From assembly GCA_963833425.1 (NCBI GenBank), contig CAWHXP010000016.1, forward strand, positions 1 through 64,000: a DNA stretch of 64,000 bases, read 5' to 3'. The notes under the pieces were generated by a model. The model did no database searches, was not told the DNA's origin, and worked only from the letters and a program-made list of their open reading frames with translations. Position 1 is the first letter of the stretch. Each line of letters opens with the position of its first letter. The DNA is from an uncultured Methanosarcinaceae archaeon (GTDB lineage Archaea > Halobacteriota > Methanosarcinia > Methanosarcinales > Methanosarcinaceae). Shown here piece by piece: positions 1-11,887 of the stretch. Both the position numbers and the translations under genes were made by a program.

Positions 1-100
1 GTCCCAAAGCTCATACCCCAGCTTCCACGTGTATTAGATAGTAAGCCTTTCCTTCTGAAAAGCAATTTATGCTAGTAATCCTTTTTCTGTTTGGGTTTAA

Positions 101-1081
101 ATGAGACAATTTGTTAAGCCGAGAGTTGTGGTCAGTAAATGCCTTGAGTTTGATCACTGTCGATATAACGGAGATATGATCAGCAGCTTAATAGTGGCGA
201 AGCTTAAGGAGTATGTTGAGTTCCTACCTGTTTGTGCGGAAGTAGAGATAGGACTTGGTATTCCAAGAAGTCCTGTGAGAATAATTCTTGAAAAAGGAGA
301 ATATAAGCTTATCCAGCCCACAACCGGCAAAGATGTAACTGAAGATATGAAGGCTTTTTGCACTGATTTTCTTGATTCACTAGAAGAAGTTGACGGTTTT
401 ATTCTGAAATTCAGATCTCCTTCCTGTGGGCTGAAAGATGTAAAAGTTTATCCCTCTGTCAGTAAGCCAGGAGCAATTGGAAAGACATCAGGATATTTCG
501 GGGGAGCAGTTCTGAAAAGATATCCTTTCCTTCCAATTGAGGATGAAGGAAGGCTCAGAAACGTTCGTATAAAAGAACATTTTCTGACAAGGCTATTTGT
601 ACTTGCAGATTTCCGGAAAGTAAAATCCGAAGGCAACATAAAGAACCTGCTCAGGTTTCATACTGAAAATAAGTATCTCCTTATGGCTTATAGTCAGGCA
701 GAACTCAGGAAAATGGGAGCAATTGTTGCAAATAAAGAAAAAAAATCCTTTAATGAACTGATTTCAGACTACGAAGGACACCTCTACAGTGCTTTCACCA
801 AACCTCCTCGATACACATCGAGTATTAACGTGCTCATGCGCGCCTTCGGGCATTTTTCAGAGAATATTTCAAAAGGTGAAAAAACCCTTTTTTTTGATTG
901 GATTCAAAAACACATGGAAAGAAAAATCTCTCTTTGCCCAGCAATAAACACAATAAGATCATGGATAGTGCGTTTTGATGATCAATATCTTCTGCATCAG
1001 ACTTTTTTTGAACCTTATCCAGAAGATCTGTTGGAAGTGGACCTTATGAACCCCAGCTTAGTAAAAGACCTCTTGAAATAA
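101..1081 (+). CDS. DUF523 (2-thiouracil desulfurase-like) + DUF1722 (YbgA) fusion protein
   Basis: N-terminal SKCL..CRYNG, PVCAEVEIGLGIPR, SPSCG motifs; C-terminal FHTENKYLLMA..., YLLHQTFFEPYP. Confidence 0.9.
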   Translation: MRQFVKPRVVVSKCLEFDHCRYNGDMISSLIVAKLKEYVEFLPVCAEVEIGLGIPRSPVRIILEKGEYKLIQPTTGKDVTEDMKAFCTDFLDSLEEVDGFILKFRSPSCGLKDVKVYPSVSKPGAIGKTSGYFGGAVLKRYPFLPIEDEGRLRNVRIKEHFLTRLFVLADFRKVKSEGNIKNLLRFHTENKYLLMAYSQAELRKMGAIVANKEKKSFNELISDYEGHLYSAFTKPPRYTSSINVLMRAFGHFSENISKGEKTLFFDWIQKHMERKISLCPAINTIRSWIVRFDDQYLLHQTFFEPYPEDLLEVDLMNPSLVKDLLK

Positions 1082-1086
1082 GTTAG

Positions 1087-2225
1087 AGAGAATTTTGATA
1101 AATTTCTATGCATTTGACCATTTGAGAGCTTAAATCTATTGAAATAAATTTTATTCGTGGAGAATATTACTGATTTTGCTCTTAGAGCTAAATACAAACT
1201 TTTTCTCTCAGTTGATGACGAACTTGCTGAAATCGCTTCCTTAATTGATTGGAAAACGTTTCGTATTATTTTTGAGTCCATTCATTTTAACAAAACATTT
1301 TTCTGTGGAGACCTAAAGCTTAAGTAATCATTATGTCAAAATGCTTTTTCCGCAGCAATGTCACGTTCTTTCCGACTTTGACCTTGATAAACAATGCATT
1401 TATTGAATTTCTTTTAGGAAATTTCTTGGTATTCCTGAGTACATACTAGACAGTACCAAAATCTGATCATTCATTAAAAAAATTAGTGATAATTGCAAAG
1501 AAGGAGAAATATAGCAACAGTTGCAGAGCGAATTTAATTACTTAGTTTGAAAATAAAACAGAGAATGATACAAGAATTAATTTATTAATTCAGATATGGG
1601 GCATGCAAAAGCTGACAAACCTCACGAAAAGGAATCAAAACAGGAGAATTAGAGATCGAACCTTGACAAAAAAGGGTGATATGCAGGTGGTACGTTACTT
1701 TGGGCATAAATTGCATACATAAATAGAAAGTGATTATGACGAATCAGAAAATTCAATCACTACTGGTTACTTTATTATTTAGGATGATTTATCAGAAAAA
1801 AATGTAGTGGATTACATAGACAAAGAACACTCGGGAGTAAAATCAAAATGTTCTGATGCAACAATGAAACAAGTAGTAAAAGAACATTCTTGGGAATTAG
1901 TGATATATTAAGAAACAATGAGATCAGCTCAAAAAGAGAAAAGTAAAGCTAGTTTATACAGTAATAAAAATATATTCAAAACAGGAAAAATTTTTGTCAC
2001 TCTGTACAAAAAGTCATTATAACTATGTTGTGTACAGCTTTTTGATATAATCCCTATAAGTTTGTGAAATTGAAAATAAAAGAGTATTTTGAGGATAGCA
2101 GACGCTACCTTTAAAATCAAAGAATGCTGTACAAGAAAAAATAAAATAAGGTCACAATGCAGGGATTAGCTGGAAAGATTTTGACTGAATTCCCGCGAAG
2201 AAAAAAATTGGAAATAAATTGGGAT
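1087..2225 (+). mobile_element. Degenerate IS5-family element (transposase pseudogene)
   Basis: Begins with AGAGAATTTTGATAAA; colinear by eye with the IS at 54542-55673 (e.g. gattggaaaacgtttcgtattatt, ctacctttaaaatcaaagaat); many stops; right end approximate. Confidence 0.8.
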
Positions 2226-2328
2226 TCTATATATAATATTTTTTCTGTCAAAAGAACGACATTAGACATAATAATCTTAATCCATTTTAAAGAAACTATA
2301 TTAAACATAATAACTAATCGATAAAAGG

Positions 2329-3984
2329 ATGCTGGGGAAAACAAAGCGCTATCTTGAGATTACAAGAGTTCTTATAAAGTACAACCTTGTTTCAGAACTC
2401 TACCGAGATCTGCACACTGATTATATCTCAAATCCAGAGTGCGCATGTGCTTTTGATATAGAGAGTAGGAGGACAGCAGTAAAACTCAGACAGGCTTTCG
2501 AAGAACTCGGGCCGACGTTCATCAAAATGGGGCAGACTATGAGCAAGCGGCCTGACCTAGTACCGCAACCTTATGTTATAGAGATGGCAAACCTTCAGGA
2601 CAAAGTTAAGCCGATTCCTTTTGTGGAAATGGATTAATCTCTTGACCTTGCTTGCATCTGTGAATATGAGACTCTCGAAAAGCTTAATCGGAAAAAAAAT
2701 AAAGAAGATATGAAGGCGGAAAGGGAAAGGAGGGCAAAATCTTTCGTTGAGATTTTTGACAGCTTTGATCCTAATCCAATTGCATCCGGCTCAATTGCAC
2801 AGGTTTACAAGGGAGTCATTGAAGGCAAATCGGTAGCTATAAAGATTCTTCGCCCAAATCTCATTGATACTATTAATATTGATCTTTCTATCCTAAAAGA
2901 TTTCAAGCTTATTATAAAAAAAGTGCTTGGAATTGAAAAGAAATTCGATATTGATGCTTTTTTAATAGAAATCAGGGAGATGCTTACCCGTGAACTTAAT
3001 CTCAGAACCGAAGCTATCAATATTCGGCGTTTTGAGAATAATTTTAAGAATGTGAAAAATATTACCGTGCCGAAAATTTATCCGGATTACTGTTCTGTCA
3101 ATGTCCTTACAATGGAATTTATCCAGGGGATTCAGATCAAAGATATAATCAACATTCAAAAGCCACAAAGCAAGAAATCGGAATACGCGCGCACTATTAC
3201 CAAGAGTTACCTTAAGCAGGTCTATATCGATGGTTTTTATCACGCAGATCCTCACGGTGGCAATATGATAGTTCAAGAAGACGATAATATTGCCTTCATA
3301 GATTTTGGGGCTGTTGGCAGTATAGATGACGAGCTTAAAAGGAATACTCTGGAATTTTATTACGCTGTTAATTACAGTGATGTAGAAGGAGCAACCCAGA
3401 GTTTTATGAAAATAGGGGGTGCAGATAACGGGGATGTGGATATTCACAGGCTCAGGAAAGATATGGATAACCTTATCGCAAACCAGAACTATGGGCTTGA
3501 AGGCAGGCAGAGTGACAATTTTGCAAAACTTGGGATGAAGTATGATATCCGGCTCCCAGGAGAATTTTCAACTCTTCAGAGGGCAATTCTTCTCATCGAG
3601 GGAGTCTGCCTGGAACTCGACCCTAAATACAACATAAAACCTATTGCAATCCCTGTTCTCATGGAAGCTTATAAAAAGCTTAACATTTCAAAAAGCGCTG
3701 CTCTTAATAATGAATTTAGCACTGAACCAGCAGACGAAAAGGCAGAATTAAGGACTTCAATAAGAGAACTTGGCGAAAAAATGGAAACGATGGGAGATAA
3801 GTTCATTTCCATGAAACAAAATGAAAGCATAAGAAATGTTTATTCAAAGGAATTCTACTTTGCTGTCCTGCTTATAGTTTCGACTTACGTACTGTTAAAT
3901 GGAGGTGCTTCTTCCTGGGTTGGGTTGGTTGGGTTTGTCGGATCAGTTTTGATCGTTATTCTTTTTATAATCAAGGGTAACTGA
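2329..3984 (+). pseudogene. ABC1/UbiB (AarF) family kinase interrupted by one in-frame TAA at 2635-2637
   Basis: [39 protein letters not shown]; both ORFs are in the same frame with an open 72-nt spacer; C-terminal TM helices. Confidence 0.85.
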
Positions 3985-3990
3985 GGAAAT

Positions 3991-4078
3991 AGAGGATTTC
4001 GATAAACCACCATTTCAAAAATTATTGTATAAGCTTTATAAACAACAAGCCATAAATTGGGGTTTGTCGAAATCCTCT
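3991..4078. mobile_element. ~90-bp MITE with IS5-type TIRs (subtype I)
   Basis: AGAGGATTTCGATAAAC ... GTTTGTCGAAATCCTCT. Confidence 0.85.
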
Positions 4079-4415
4079 ACAGTAATTCAAAAGAATCCTG
4101 TGAAAGCAGAAATATGGAGTTAAAATCATAAAAGTAATGGTGATAAATGGAAGTCTAAGAAATAAATTGAACACTCCAACTCTGTTGGAAAAAAATTTTA
4201 ACATAAAATCGCTTGGTTTTAATCCAAAAATAGTGAATTCTTGAGATTGCCAAATTATGTTGGTTGCTAAATCGATGTATTCTTTCGGTTTCAACTTAAA
4301 TGGTTGTTCACTTATACATAATTGATGTTTTCATAATTACGTTTCCAGTTTAATGAATATTTACGATTTCATTCATTTGAGAAAATTTGCTCTAGCTAAT
4401 TCACTTTGATGCAAG

Positions 4416-4555
4416 CTACACGCAGATATACACACATGTAGAATTTGTTTGTCTATTTGCCTACTATAATTCATTGAAAGTTAGATTGATATTTAAGCTA
4501 ATCTCGTATTGAGAAAATATATTGCTTTTTGCGTTCATTTGCAGAAAGTAGGTTC
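4416..4555 (+). repeat. Dispersed non-coding module A, copy 1
   Basis: atgtagaatttgtttgtctatttgcctactataattcattgaaagttagattgatatttaagcta...ttgagaaaat recurs near 44025, 44737, 50214, 53882. Confidence 0.8.
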
Positions 4556-4564
4556 TTAACTTGT

Positions 4565-4975
4565 CTACTCCTTTTCTCCTTCTTTCTTGAAGTCAAGAGA
4601 GAGAGAGTTGATACAGTAACGTTTTCCTGTTGATGTGGGCCCATCTTCAAAAACATGCCCAAGATGACTTCCACAGCTGGAACAGACCACCTCGATCCTG
4701 TGCATGAAATGACTGTTGTCCTTCAAAAATCGGACATTACCACTGGAAATCACTTCATCAAAACTTGGCCAGCCGGTCCCTGACTCAAATTTGTCATCAG
4801 AGGAAAAGAGCTCCTGCCCACAGGCAGCACATGTATAAATCCCTTTTTCCTTGTTATAACAAAATTTACCGGAAAAAGGTATTTCGGTGCCTCTTTGCCT
4901 CAGTACATTATACTGTTCAGGAGTGAGAACAGTTTTCCATTCTTCTTCAGATTTCTCAATTTTGTTTTGTGTCAG
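4565..4975 (-). CDS. msrB: Peptide-methionine (R)-S-oxide reductase MsrB (CTG start or start-damaged)
   Basis: Frame open from 4975: [34 protein letters not shown]...[18 protein letters not shown]...[22 protein letters not shown]. Confidence 0.9.
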   Translation of the reverse strand: MTQNKIEKSEEEWKTVLTPEQYNVLRQRGTEIPFSGKFCYNKEKGIYTCAACGQELFSSDDKFESGTGWPSFDEVISSGNVRFLKDNSHFMHRIEVVCSSCGSHLGHVFEDGPTSTGKRYCINSLSLDFKKEGEKE

Positions 4976-5347
4976 TCACAAACCCCCTTTTCAGATAAAT
5001 TAATCATTCCCGAAATATAAATTAAATCGTTCTCGAAATATTTTCCCTCTTCGAAGCAAATCTTCAGAATTCGGGTAAATTAATTTAAACTAGCAGTTAC
5101 CTTTTCTGACAAAAATTTAAAAATTAGGAAAATTTCAACAAAAGGAATAGGAACTGTCCTAGTTAGGTTTTAGAATAGGTTAAATTATCACCAAAATCAT
5201 CCAAAAAATTGAGTGTTCTGTTTGCTTTAGTGTGAATAATCGGTATTCTTATGCCTATAGTTGCGCCGAAATTCTAAATTGTCATTTAGATCTACCTATT
5301 GATCATACATGACATACATACTAGAAAATAACTTTACCTCTGTTTCC

Positions 5348-5953
5348 CTAATGATGTCCCCAAAATCGGGGAATTAATCTATTAACGTGTTTCTGGTACT
5401 CCCGGTATTCGTTACCAAACTGTGCTATCAGCCTGCTTTCCCAGTGCAGTGATCCCAGACACAGGTATATAGTGGCCAAAATGTATATGACAAGCATATT
5501 AATGGTCATAAAGGGAGTCATCCACATTATTATTAATCCAGACAGCAGGAAGGGATCTCTAACCCATCGGTAAATGCCCCGAATATTTAGTGGACCGGCT
5601 TCAGGGGTATTGGGGGAAGATAGCTGTGAGCGTATCTTGAATCTATTGGGTGCATCCAGAAAAGCTCTAGGAGCAAAGGTTGCAGCAATAAATTGTCCAC
5701 TGACCATTACCCAACGCCAGGGGGAAGGTATTATGTAGAGAAACGGTCCTGGATTTTTGTAGAGCAGGTATGCGAGCGGAAATATAGTTAGCAATGCGAT
5801 GAGGTTGAATACTGGCATATACAACACTTCTGCCCTGAAACCCAATAACTTCTTTGCGAAGCGTTTGAAGGAAAGGCTTGCCATAAGACTGTGAATAGCT
5901 GCGAATGACGCCAGCAAAAAAACAAGGATAAGTATAATCGAAACCAATTCCAA
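5348..5953 (-). CDS. NnrU / isoprenylcysteine carboxylmethyltransferase-family membrane protein
   Basis: Multiple TM segments; GIYRWVRDP, WESRL..FGNEYREYQKHV..IP. Confidence 0.8.
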   Translation of the reverse strand: MELVSIILILVFLLASFAAIHSLMASLSFKRFAKKLLGFRAEVLYMPVFNLIALLTIFPLAYLLYKNPGPFLYIIPSPWRWVMVSGQFIAATFAPRAFLDAPNRFKIRSQLSSPNTPEAGPLNIRGIYRWVRDPFLLSGLIIMWMTPFMTINMLVIYILATIYLCLGSLHWESRLIAQFGNEYREYQKHVNRLIPRFWGHH

Positions 5954-6044
5954 TAATCTCCAATTTTTTATTTGAATAACTTGTACTTAGCATTTGTGAC
6001 TTTACGGAGCTGTCAAATATTTTTGTGTAAATTCATTTTCTAAG

Positions 6045-6318
6045 AGCTATCTTAAAATTAAATTTGATTCTATAATTGGGATGGAACTTATGCATTTGAA
6101 CTGAAAAAATTTATCATTAAACCGTTAAATGTTTATTAAATCTAAACCATGATGATTATTGCACTTGATTTTATACCTCGAGTATATAAACCCTTGGAAT
6201 AAAATACCATCCTTAAGCTCAATGAGTACCTGAATTTCGGAAAAATCTTACGATCTGAATTTAACATTTGCATTGCTTATTATCCGATTGTAGAAATGGT
6301 TTAAATTTTAAGACAGCC
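6045..6318. mobile_element. ~275-bp non-autonomous IS remnant with a second TIR type
   Basis: Ends agctatcttaaaatt / aattttaagacagcc (13/15 inverted match); left end repeated at 8233-8264. Confidence 0.55.
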
Positions 6319-6647
6319 TTTTATCAAGGAAAACTGAAACAAGAAACAATATTAGGCCATTGAAAACTCAAAAAGAGTATTTGAAAAAATGCTATTTGAA
6401 AGAACATAAAATACTGATTGATGGATGTTTAGAATCTTCTATCTGCAATGTTAGCAAAGAACCAGCTAAAATTACATACTAAACCAGGGTTGAAGTAGAC
6501 GCTTACATCAACTGGACTGAAAAAAAGTGTTTTTACGCTTTTTCCTATAAAGTAGATTAATTTTTGAAGATGTTGTATTCAGAAGAAAGTACACACTTTT
6601 TTTATTGAGATGTTAGCTCTATATATCCTAGTGGCCCACAATAATTT

Positions 6648-8091
6648 ATGAATCCTAAACGCATTCGTACTCTTAAATCAGGGAAACCGGAGAAAGGGCC
6701 TGTTGCATACTGGATGAGTCGCGACCAGAGGGTAGAAGATAACTGGGCTTTGCTTTTTGCTAGGGGAATGGCTCTTGAAGCCAATGCGCCTGTAGTTGTG
6801 GTTTTTTTGTCTTCAGAACTGGTTATTAGAGGATTTAAGAAGACATTATGAATTCATGCTCAAAGGGTTGTTGGAAGTTGACAACGCCCTTGCCAAAAAG
6901 AACATACCTTTTTTCTTCCTTTTAGGGGATCCTGGAAAAAGAATCCCTGAGTTTGTTGGAGAATACGGAATTGGAGTTCTTGTTACAGATTTTAGTCCAC
7001 TTCGAGCTAAAAGGTTATGGGTAGAAAAAGCGGCACAAGGAAGCGAAATTCCATTATATGAGGTGGATGCTCACAATATAGCCCCCTGCTGGGAAGCTTC
7101 TCAAAAACAAGAATATTCTGCCAATACATTCCGCCCAAAACTCTACAGGCTTCTGCCAGAATTTTTAGAGGAATACCCTAAAATCGAAGCAAATACAGAA
7201 TTTTTAGAGGAATACCCTAAATTCGAAGCAAATACAGAATTTCCTGAAATGTTCTCTAATTCCGGAAAGCTGGAAAAATCCCCAAGAACCCAGGAAAAAG
7301 CAGTTGAAGTTCTTCTTTCTGAGGAGCTTTTTGAAAAAAACGTCAATTCATTCCCTAAAACAGAATATTTCGAATCCGGAGAAACGGCTGCCAGAAGAAT
7401 GATGGATGATTTTTTTGCTAGGAAGCTTGAATCATACTTATCTCTGCGAAATGACCCCACGAAAGATGGAATATCTAATCTTTCCCCTTATCTCCACTTC
7501 GGACAAATATCGTCTCAAAGGGTGGTTTTAGAGCTGGAAAAGATTAAAGCTGATCTAAAATCCAAAAAGGCTTTCCTCGATGAGATCTTTGTGCGCAAAG
7601 AACTTGCTGATAATTTCTGCTATTATAATCCATTTTATGATAATTTTGATGGTTTCCCAGAATGGGGGAAAAAAACACTAACTTATCACAGAAATGACCG
7701 GAGAGCTAATCTTTACACACTAAAGGAATTCGAAGCCGCAAAGACACATGACCCCCTCTGGAACGCAAGCCAGATGGAGCTGTTGAGCAAAGGGAAAATG
7801 CATGGATACATGCGGATGTATTGGGCAAAGAAAATTCTCGAGTGGAGCGAATCTCCTGAAAAAGCACTTGAGATTGCAATCTACTTGAACGACCGACATG
7901 AACTGGATGGGAGAGATGCTAATGGATATACAGGAATTGCCTGGAGTATAGGAGGGGTTCATGACAGGGCCTGGAAGGAAAGGATAATTTTTGGGAAGCT
8001 TCGATATATGAGTTATGAGGGCTGTAAAAGAAAGTTCAACGTCAAGGAGTATATTGCAAAATATGCAGCTCAAGAAACTCCTAATAAATGA
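6648..8091 (+). pseudogene. phr: Class II CPD DNA photolyase, +1 frameshift in T7 run at 6802-6808
   Basis: [63 protein letters not shown]; removing one T gives VVVFCL and joins both ORFs. Confidence 0.9.
7157..7242 (+). repeat. In-frame 39-bp tandem duplication in phr
   Basis: cagaatttttagaggaataccctaaa(a/t)tcgaagcaaata x2 ([13 protein letters not shown] x2). Confidence 0.9.
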
Positions 8092-8434
8092 AAATTTATG
8101 TCCCATAAAGAACCAAATTTTTATTTCTTTGTTCATTACCTCTTCCTTCATAAATTTTAATTTTAGTTCAATTATAATATTACTTCGCTAAAATTCCTAC
8201 TTCATTTTTACTCCATAACTTTATCTCCGATCCTGTCTTAAAATTAAATTCGATTCTATAATTAAATCTATTTAATATATAAAATAAATAGATATTATTA
8301 GAAACATATTCGCTATGACTAAAAATCGAAAATTACTGGAAACGAGTTCATTTACATGAAATTTTATAACCAGCTTGAAAAAATAGCAATGTATCGCCAA
8401 CATCAAAATGATGAAGTTATTGGGGGGCTTCCGA

Positions 8435-9020
8435 ATGGATCTGATTATTGATACAAATTCAAAACATTGATTCCACCATTATCTTCCAATGAATACCAAA
8501 ATCTTGAAGAAAATATTGTAAAAGATTATTGTACGATCCGTTTGTGTTGTGAAATGGAATCCTGATAGATGGACATAGCCGTCATAAAATATACACAGAA
8601 AATGATCTCAAATTCAATATCGATGAAAAGTCTTTGATCACGAAATTATGTTCATCTATAGAGTATTCAAAATCAACTAGGAAGACGCAATTTACCGCAT
8701 CTAGCTATGGCAGAATTAGGAGTAAAATTAAAACATTTTTTCCAGGAAAAAGGAATTAAAAATCAGAAAATTGCCGAAAATTTATACGGAAAAATCATCC
8801 TAAAAATTTAGAGCTGATGCAGAATTCTGCAAAAGCTCTTGACTGGAATACGCATTTTCTTGACGAAAGAGAACTTAAAAAGATAGATACACGATAAGAA
8901 ATTGCAAAGTTATCAGGTTATCTCATGATACAATTTCAAAAGTCGAGAAAATATTAGAAACTTTATCATTCGAAGAAATAAAAAACACGAACTTTGGAAG
9001 TTAGTGTCAATCAAATTTAT
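8435..9020 (+). pseudogene. ParB/Srx-like N-terminal domain protein remnant (phage/plasmid type)
   Basis: Fragments in different frames: FKTLIPPLSSNEYQNLEENI, ILIDGHSRHKI, NQLGRRNL, DTR*EIAKLSG. Confidence 0.7.
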
Positions 9021-9025
9021 AGTAT

Positions 9026-9078
9026 AGAGAATTTCGATAAACTCCATGTTCTTGAGCATGGTTGACTTTAAATTTGTC
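9026..9078 (+). mobile_element. Isolated left end of the IS5-family element
   Basis: Near-identical to 54542-54594. Confidence 0.85.
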
Positions 9079-9149
9079 AATAGTTAATCAATAATGTGTT
9101 GATTTTTATCTAGAAAAAAACATGATTAATATAAAATTGTTGTTTGATT

Positions 9150-9220
9150 TTAAAACATTTTAACGGTGAGTAAATTTTGTTCAGAAACTATTTTTTTTAT
9201 AATTAATTAAAAATAGCATA
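9150..9220 (+). promoter_or_regulatory. Dispersed promoter-like module B, copy 1
   Basis: aaaacatttt...gagtaaattttgttcagaaactatttttt.tataattaattaaaaata; homologues at 16228, 21877(-), 25670(-), 27775(-). Confidence 0.6.
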
Positions 9221-9237
9221 TAGATAATGTAATTTCT

Positions 9238-9327
9238 AGAGAATTTTGATAAACCTACATTTCAATAAATTGACTAATTAGCCTTATTAATCAACCAGCT
9301 AAAAATTGAAGTTTATCTAAATCCTCT
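9238..9327. mobile_element. ~90-bp MITE (subtype I)
   Basis: AGAGAATTTTGATAAAC ... GTTTATCTAAATCCTCT. Confidence 0.85.
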
Positions 9328-9378
9328 AATATACAGATACTAACTAGTGAATAACCCAAAAAAAAGGAGTGAAATGAT

Positions 9379-9495
9379 ATGGAACATAAGGAAAAGTGTG
9401 GAGTTTGTCATAAAGAGGTACCTAAACAACCATGCATTACTAAAGAAGGTACATGCAGTGAGTGCCATGTGAAATTAATGCCTGAAAAGAAGTAA
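9379..9495 (+). CDS. 38-aa small protein with two CxxCH motifs (metal-binding microprotein)
   Basis: MEHKEKCGVCHKEVPKQPCITKEGTCSECHVKLMPEKK*, RBS AGGAGTGA upstream; below the 60-aa ORF-track cutoff. Confidence 0.75.
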   Translation: MEHKEKCGVCHKEVPKQPCITKEGTCSECHVKLMPEKK

Positions 9496-9721
9496 AAGTA
9501 AGAAATAGTAGAGTAAATCACAATTAGAAGGGAAATTGTATAAACTTTTAACCTTTCAAATAAAATAAGATTTTCCATTTCTTTTTTGGGATGTTGATAT
9601 TTTCAGAAATTTCTATAAACCAACCTCTTAATAATAATCGTTTTAGATATTATACAATATAAAATAATCAAAAAAACTAAAAATGAACATATTTAGTAGA
9701 TTCAGATCTCTCTATGAATAA

Positions 9722-10260
9722 ATGAAAAATCAAGGCGGGATTTGGATCAGATTTAAATTAAGTAGTCTAGTTATATTTTGATTATTATTCTATCACTAAT
9801 TACAGTGACATGTATTACTTCTGCAAAGGACGATGGAACACAAACTAATGTAAACATAGCAAGATAAAAAGTGATTTCAAAAATATTCTTTCAGCGCTTA
9901 ACGCTACAAACCTGATAGATACCTTAAATGAGGAAGAAAAATTTACGGTCTTTGCTACGAAAGACGAAGCCTTTACAGCTCTGCCAAAAGGTACAATATG
10001 AGCTCTCTTGAAAGATCCAAATACACTGGAGAAAGTTCCTCTTTATCATGTTGCAGGTGAGAAGCTATTGGCTAAAAATGTTGTCAAAGTGGGCAATATA
10101 ACTGCTCTTTAAGGGCAGAAACTACCTATCAAGATCACAGAACAGGAAACCTTTGTAGGAAATGCAAAGATTATAAATACCGATGTCAATGCAAGCAATG
10201 GAATATATCCATGTAATGAATACAGTTTTAATTCCACCAGAGAAGCCATCAGGAAAATAA
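9722..10260 (+). pseudogene. Fasciclin (FAS1) domain protein remnant
   Basis: ALNATNLIDTLNEEEKFTVFATKDEAFTALPKG, LYHVAGEKL, GNAKIINTDVNASNG; several stops and shifts. Confidence 0.8.
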
Positions 10261-10631
10261 AGTAATTGCAGTAAAAAGCTCAATAAGTATAAGCTATTTA
10301 AAGAAAATTCTGACTAAGAACAGAAAAAGAAATTTACAGTAACGAGGATGGAATAATATAACAATTAAGAGAAGCAAAAATTAATGACACGGAAAAGCTT
10401 ATCTAGATAAAGAAAAACGCTATAGTTGACATTATAAAGTTGCCAGGAAATGATTATATAAAGCAAATAATTCAACAAAATAACAGTATCGGAATTTATA
10501 TATATCGAGACTTTTTTTACCTGGATATCCAAAATTGTTATAATGTTTGGTTCTATCGTGACTTTGCCACAGTTACTTTTCACATCTACCATGAAGTAAA
10601 TGTAAACATAGATAAATTTTGGAGGAATAAT

Positions 10632-10967
10632 ATGAGTGAAATGGGTACGTCTGGAGAAGCAAGAGTTCCCTATGCTGTAAAAAATATCGAAAGATGTATG
10701 TGTCCACAGTGTCCTGTCCAAGCTAACAGTGTATGCATATCAGATAAAATTGGAAATTTAAAAAATGAAATGAAAGGTTTAGGAACAGATGAAGTTCCAG
10801 AGCCACAAAAAGTCCCTGGAGTCTACTGTTCGTCAGGTACCGCCACGTGCAGCGACTTAGACCCTAACAAGGATTGCATTTGCAAAACCTGCTCCGTCTG
10901 GGATGATTATTGTCTGGAGCACGCAAATACAATGATGTATTTTTGCAATAATGGTCGAGCAATTTGA
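10632..10967 (+). CDS. DUF2769-type Cys-rich protein
   Basis: GGAGG RBS before ATG 10632; CMCPQCP, YCSSG.A.C, CICKTCSVW, YFC. Confidence 0.8.
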   Translation: MSEMGTSGEARVPYAVKNIERCMCPQCPVQANSVCISDKIGNLKNEMKGLGTDEVPEPQKVPGVYCSSGTATCSDLDPNKDCICKTCSVWDDYCLEHANTMMYFCNNGRAI

Positions 10968-11887
10968 TTCTTTTATCTTGCAAGATGATAGATTATTCTT
11001 CTAGCTAAGACTTACGTGCTTGAGTATCAAAATAAATAATGAATAAATATATATAAATATTGTAATTTCAGCATTCTTAGATTTAATGCATATTTATTTC
11101 AGAACATATACAGTTGAACTGTCTGTATAATTAATTTGATCAACAAATATATTGAGCTTTATTTTGATCCATAAGTGCGTAATTTATATATTTCTTAGTT
11201 CAATCACGTATTTCCTACTGTATGTGACAATGTCTAATAGGGAAGCTACAAAAACTGTGGATGTCAAAATTCAATGAAAACCTGGATAGTAACATACTTA
11301 CCTATATTTGAGCTCTTAAACTTCGATCTGTAGCTGCTATTTTCGGAATGTTAAGCACAGTTGTCAAAATAATACCTAGTAGTATGGATCTCTGCAGTTT
11401 ATGCACGTTATTTAGCCACAAAGAACAGGACTTAAATAGTACTTGAAATAGCAGTTTTTTTTATTATTTTTCAAATTTTAATAATTGGTCAATTGATACC
11501 AGAATTCAGGTAAAATTTTGGCTATACCAAATTAAATTAAAAAAAAATCATAACTGTTCAACATATAAAAATTAGTTTATTTATACTGATTTTGGCGAAA
11601 AGTAGATTTCTCATTCCTAACTGATCAAAATGAAAAAAAGACGTCTATTACCAAAAATTACAAAAAATCCGTTCATAAAAATTTACTCTTTGAAACTTGA
11701 ATAAATTTGGTATTGATATTTTTCCCCCAAGCTAAATAGTTACAAAAAAGTATGATTTCAAAAAAGAATTTCTACGAAACAGGAAATATTATAAAACGGA
11801 AAATGGTCTCTTCCTAATTAGTGATTATAAAAGGGAGGAAGTGTTATTAAAGAAGAGCAGTATACCCCTGATCAGCACACAGATCCT

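Noticed and set aside
10440..10631. N-terminal extension of the DUF2769 ORF
   Set aside because: AT-rich promoter-like sequence; strong GGAGG RBS at ATG 10632
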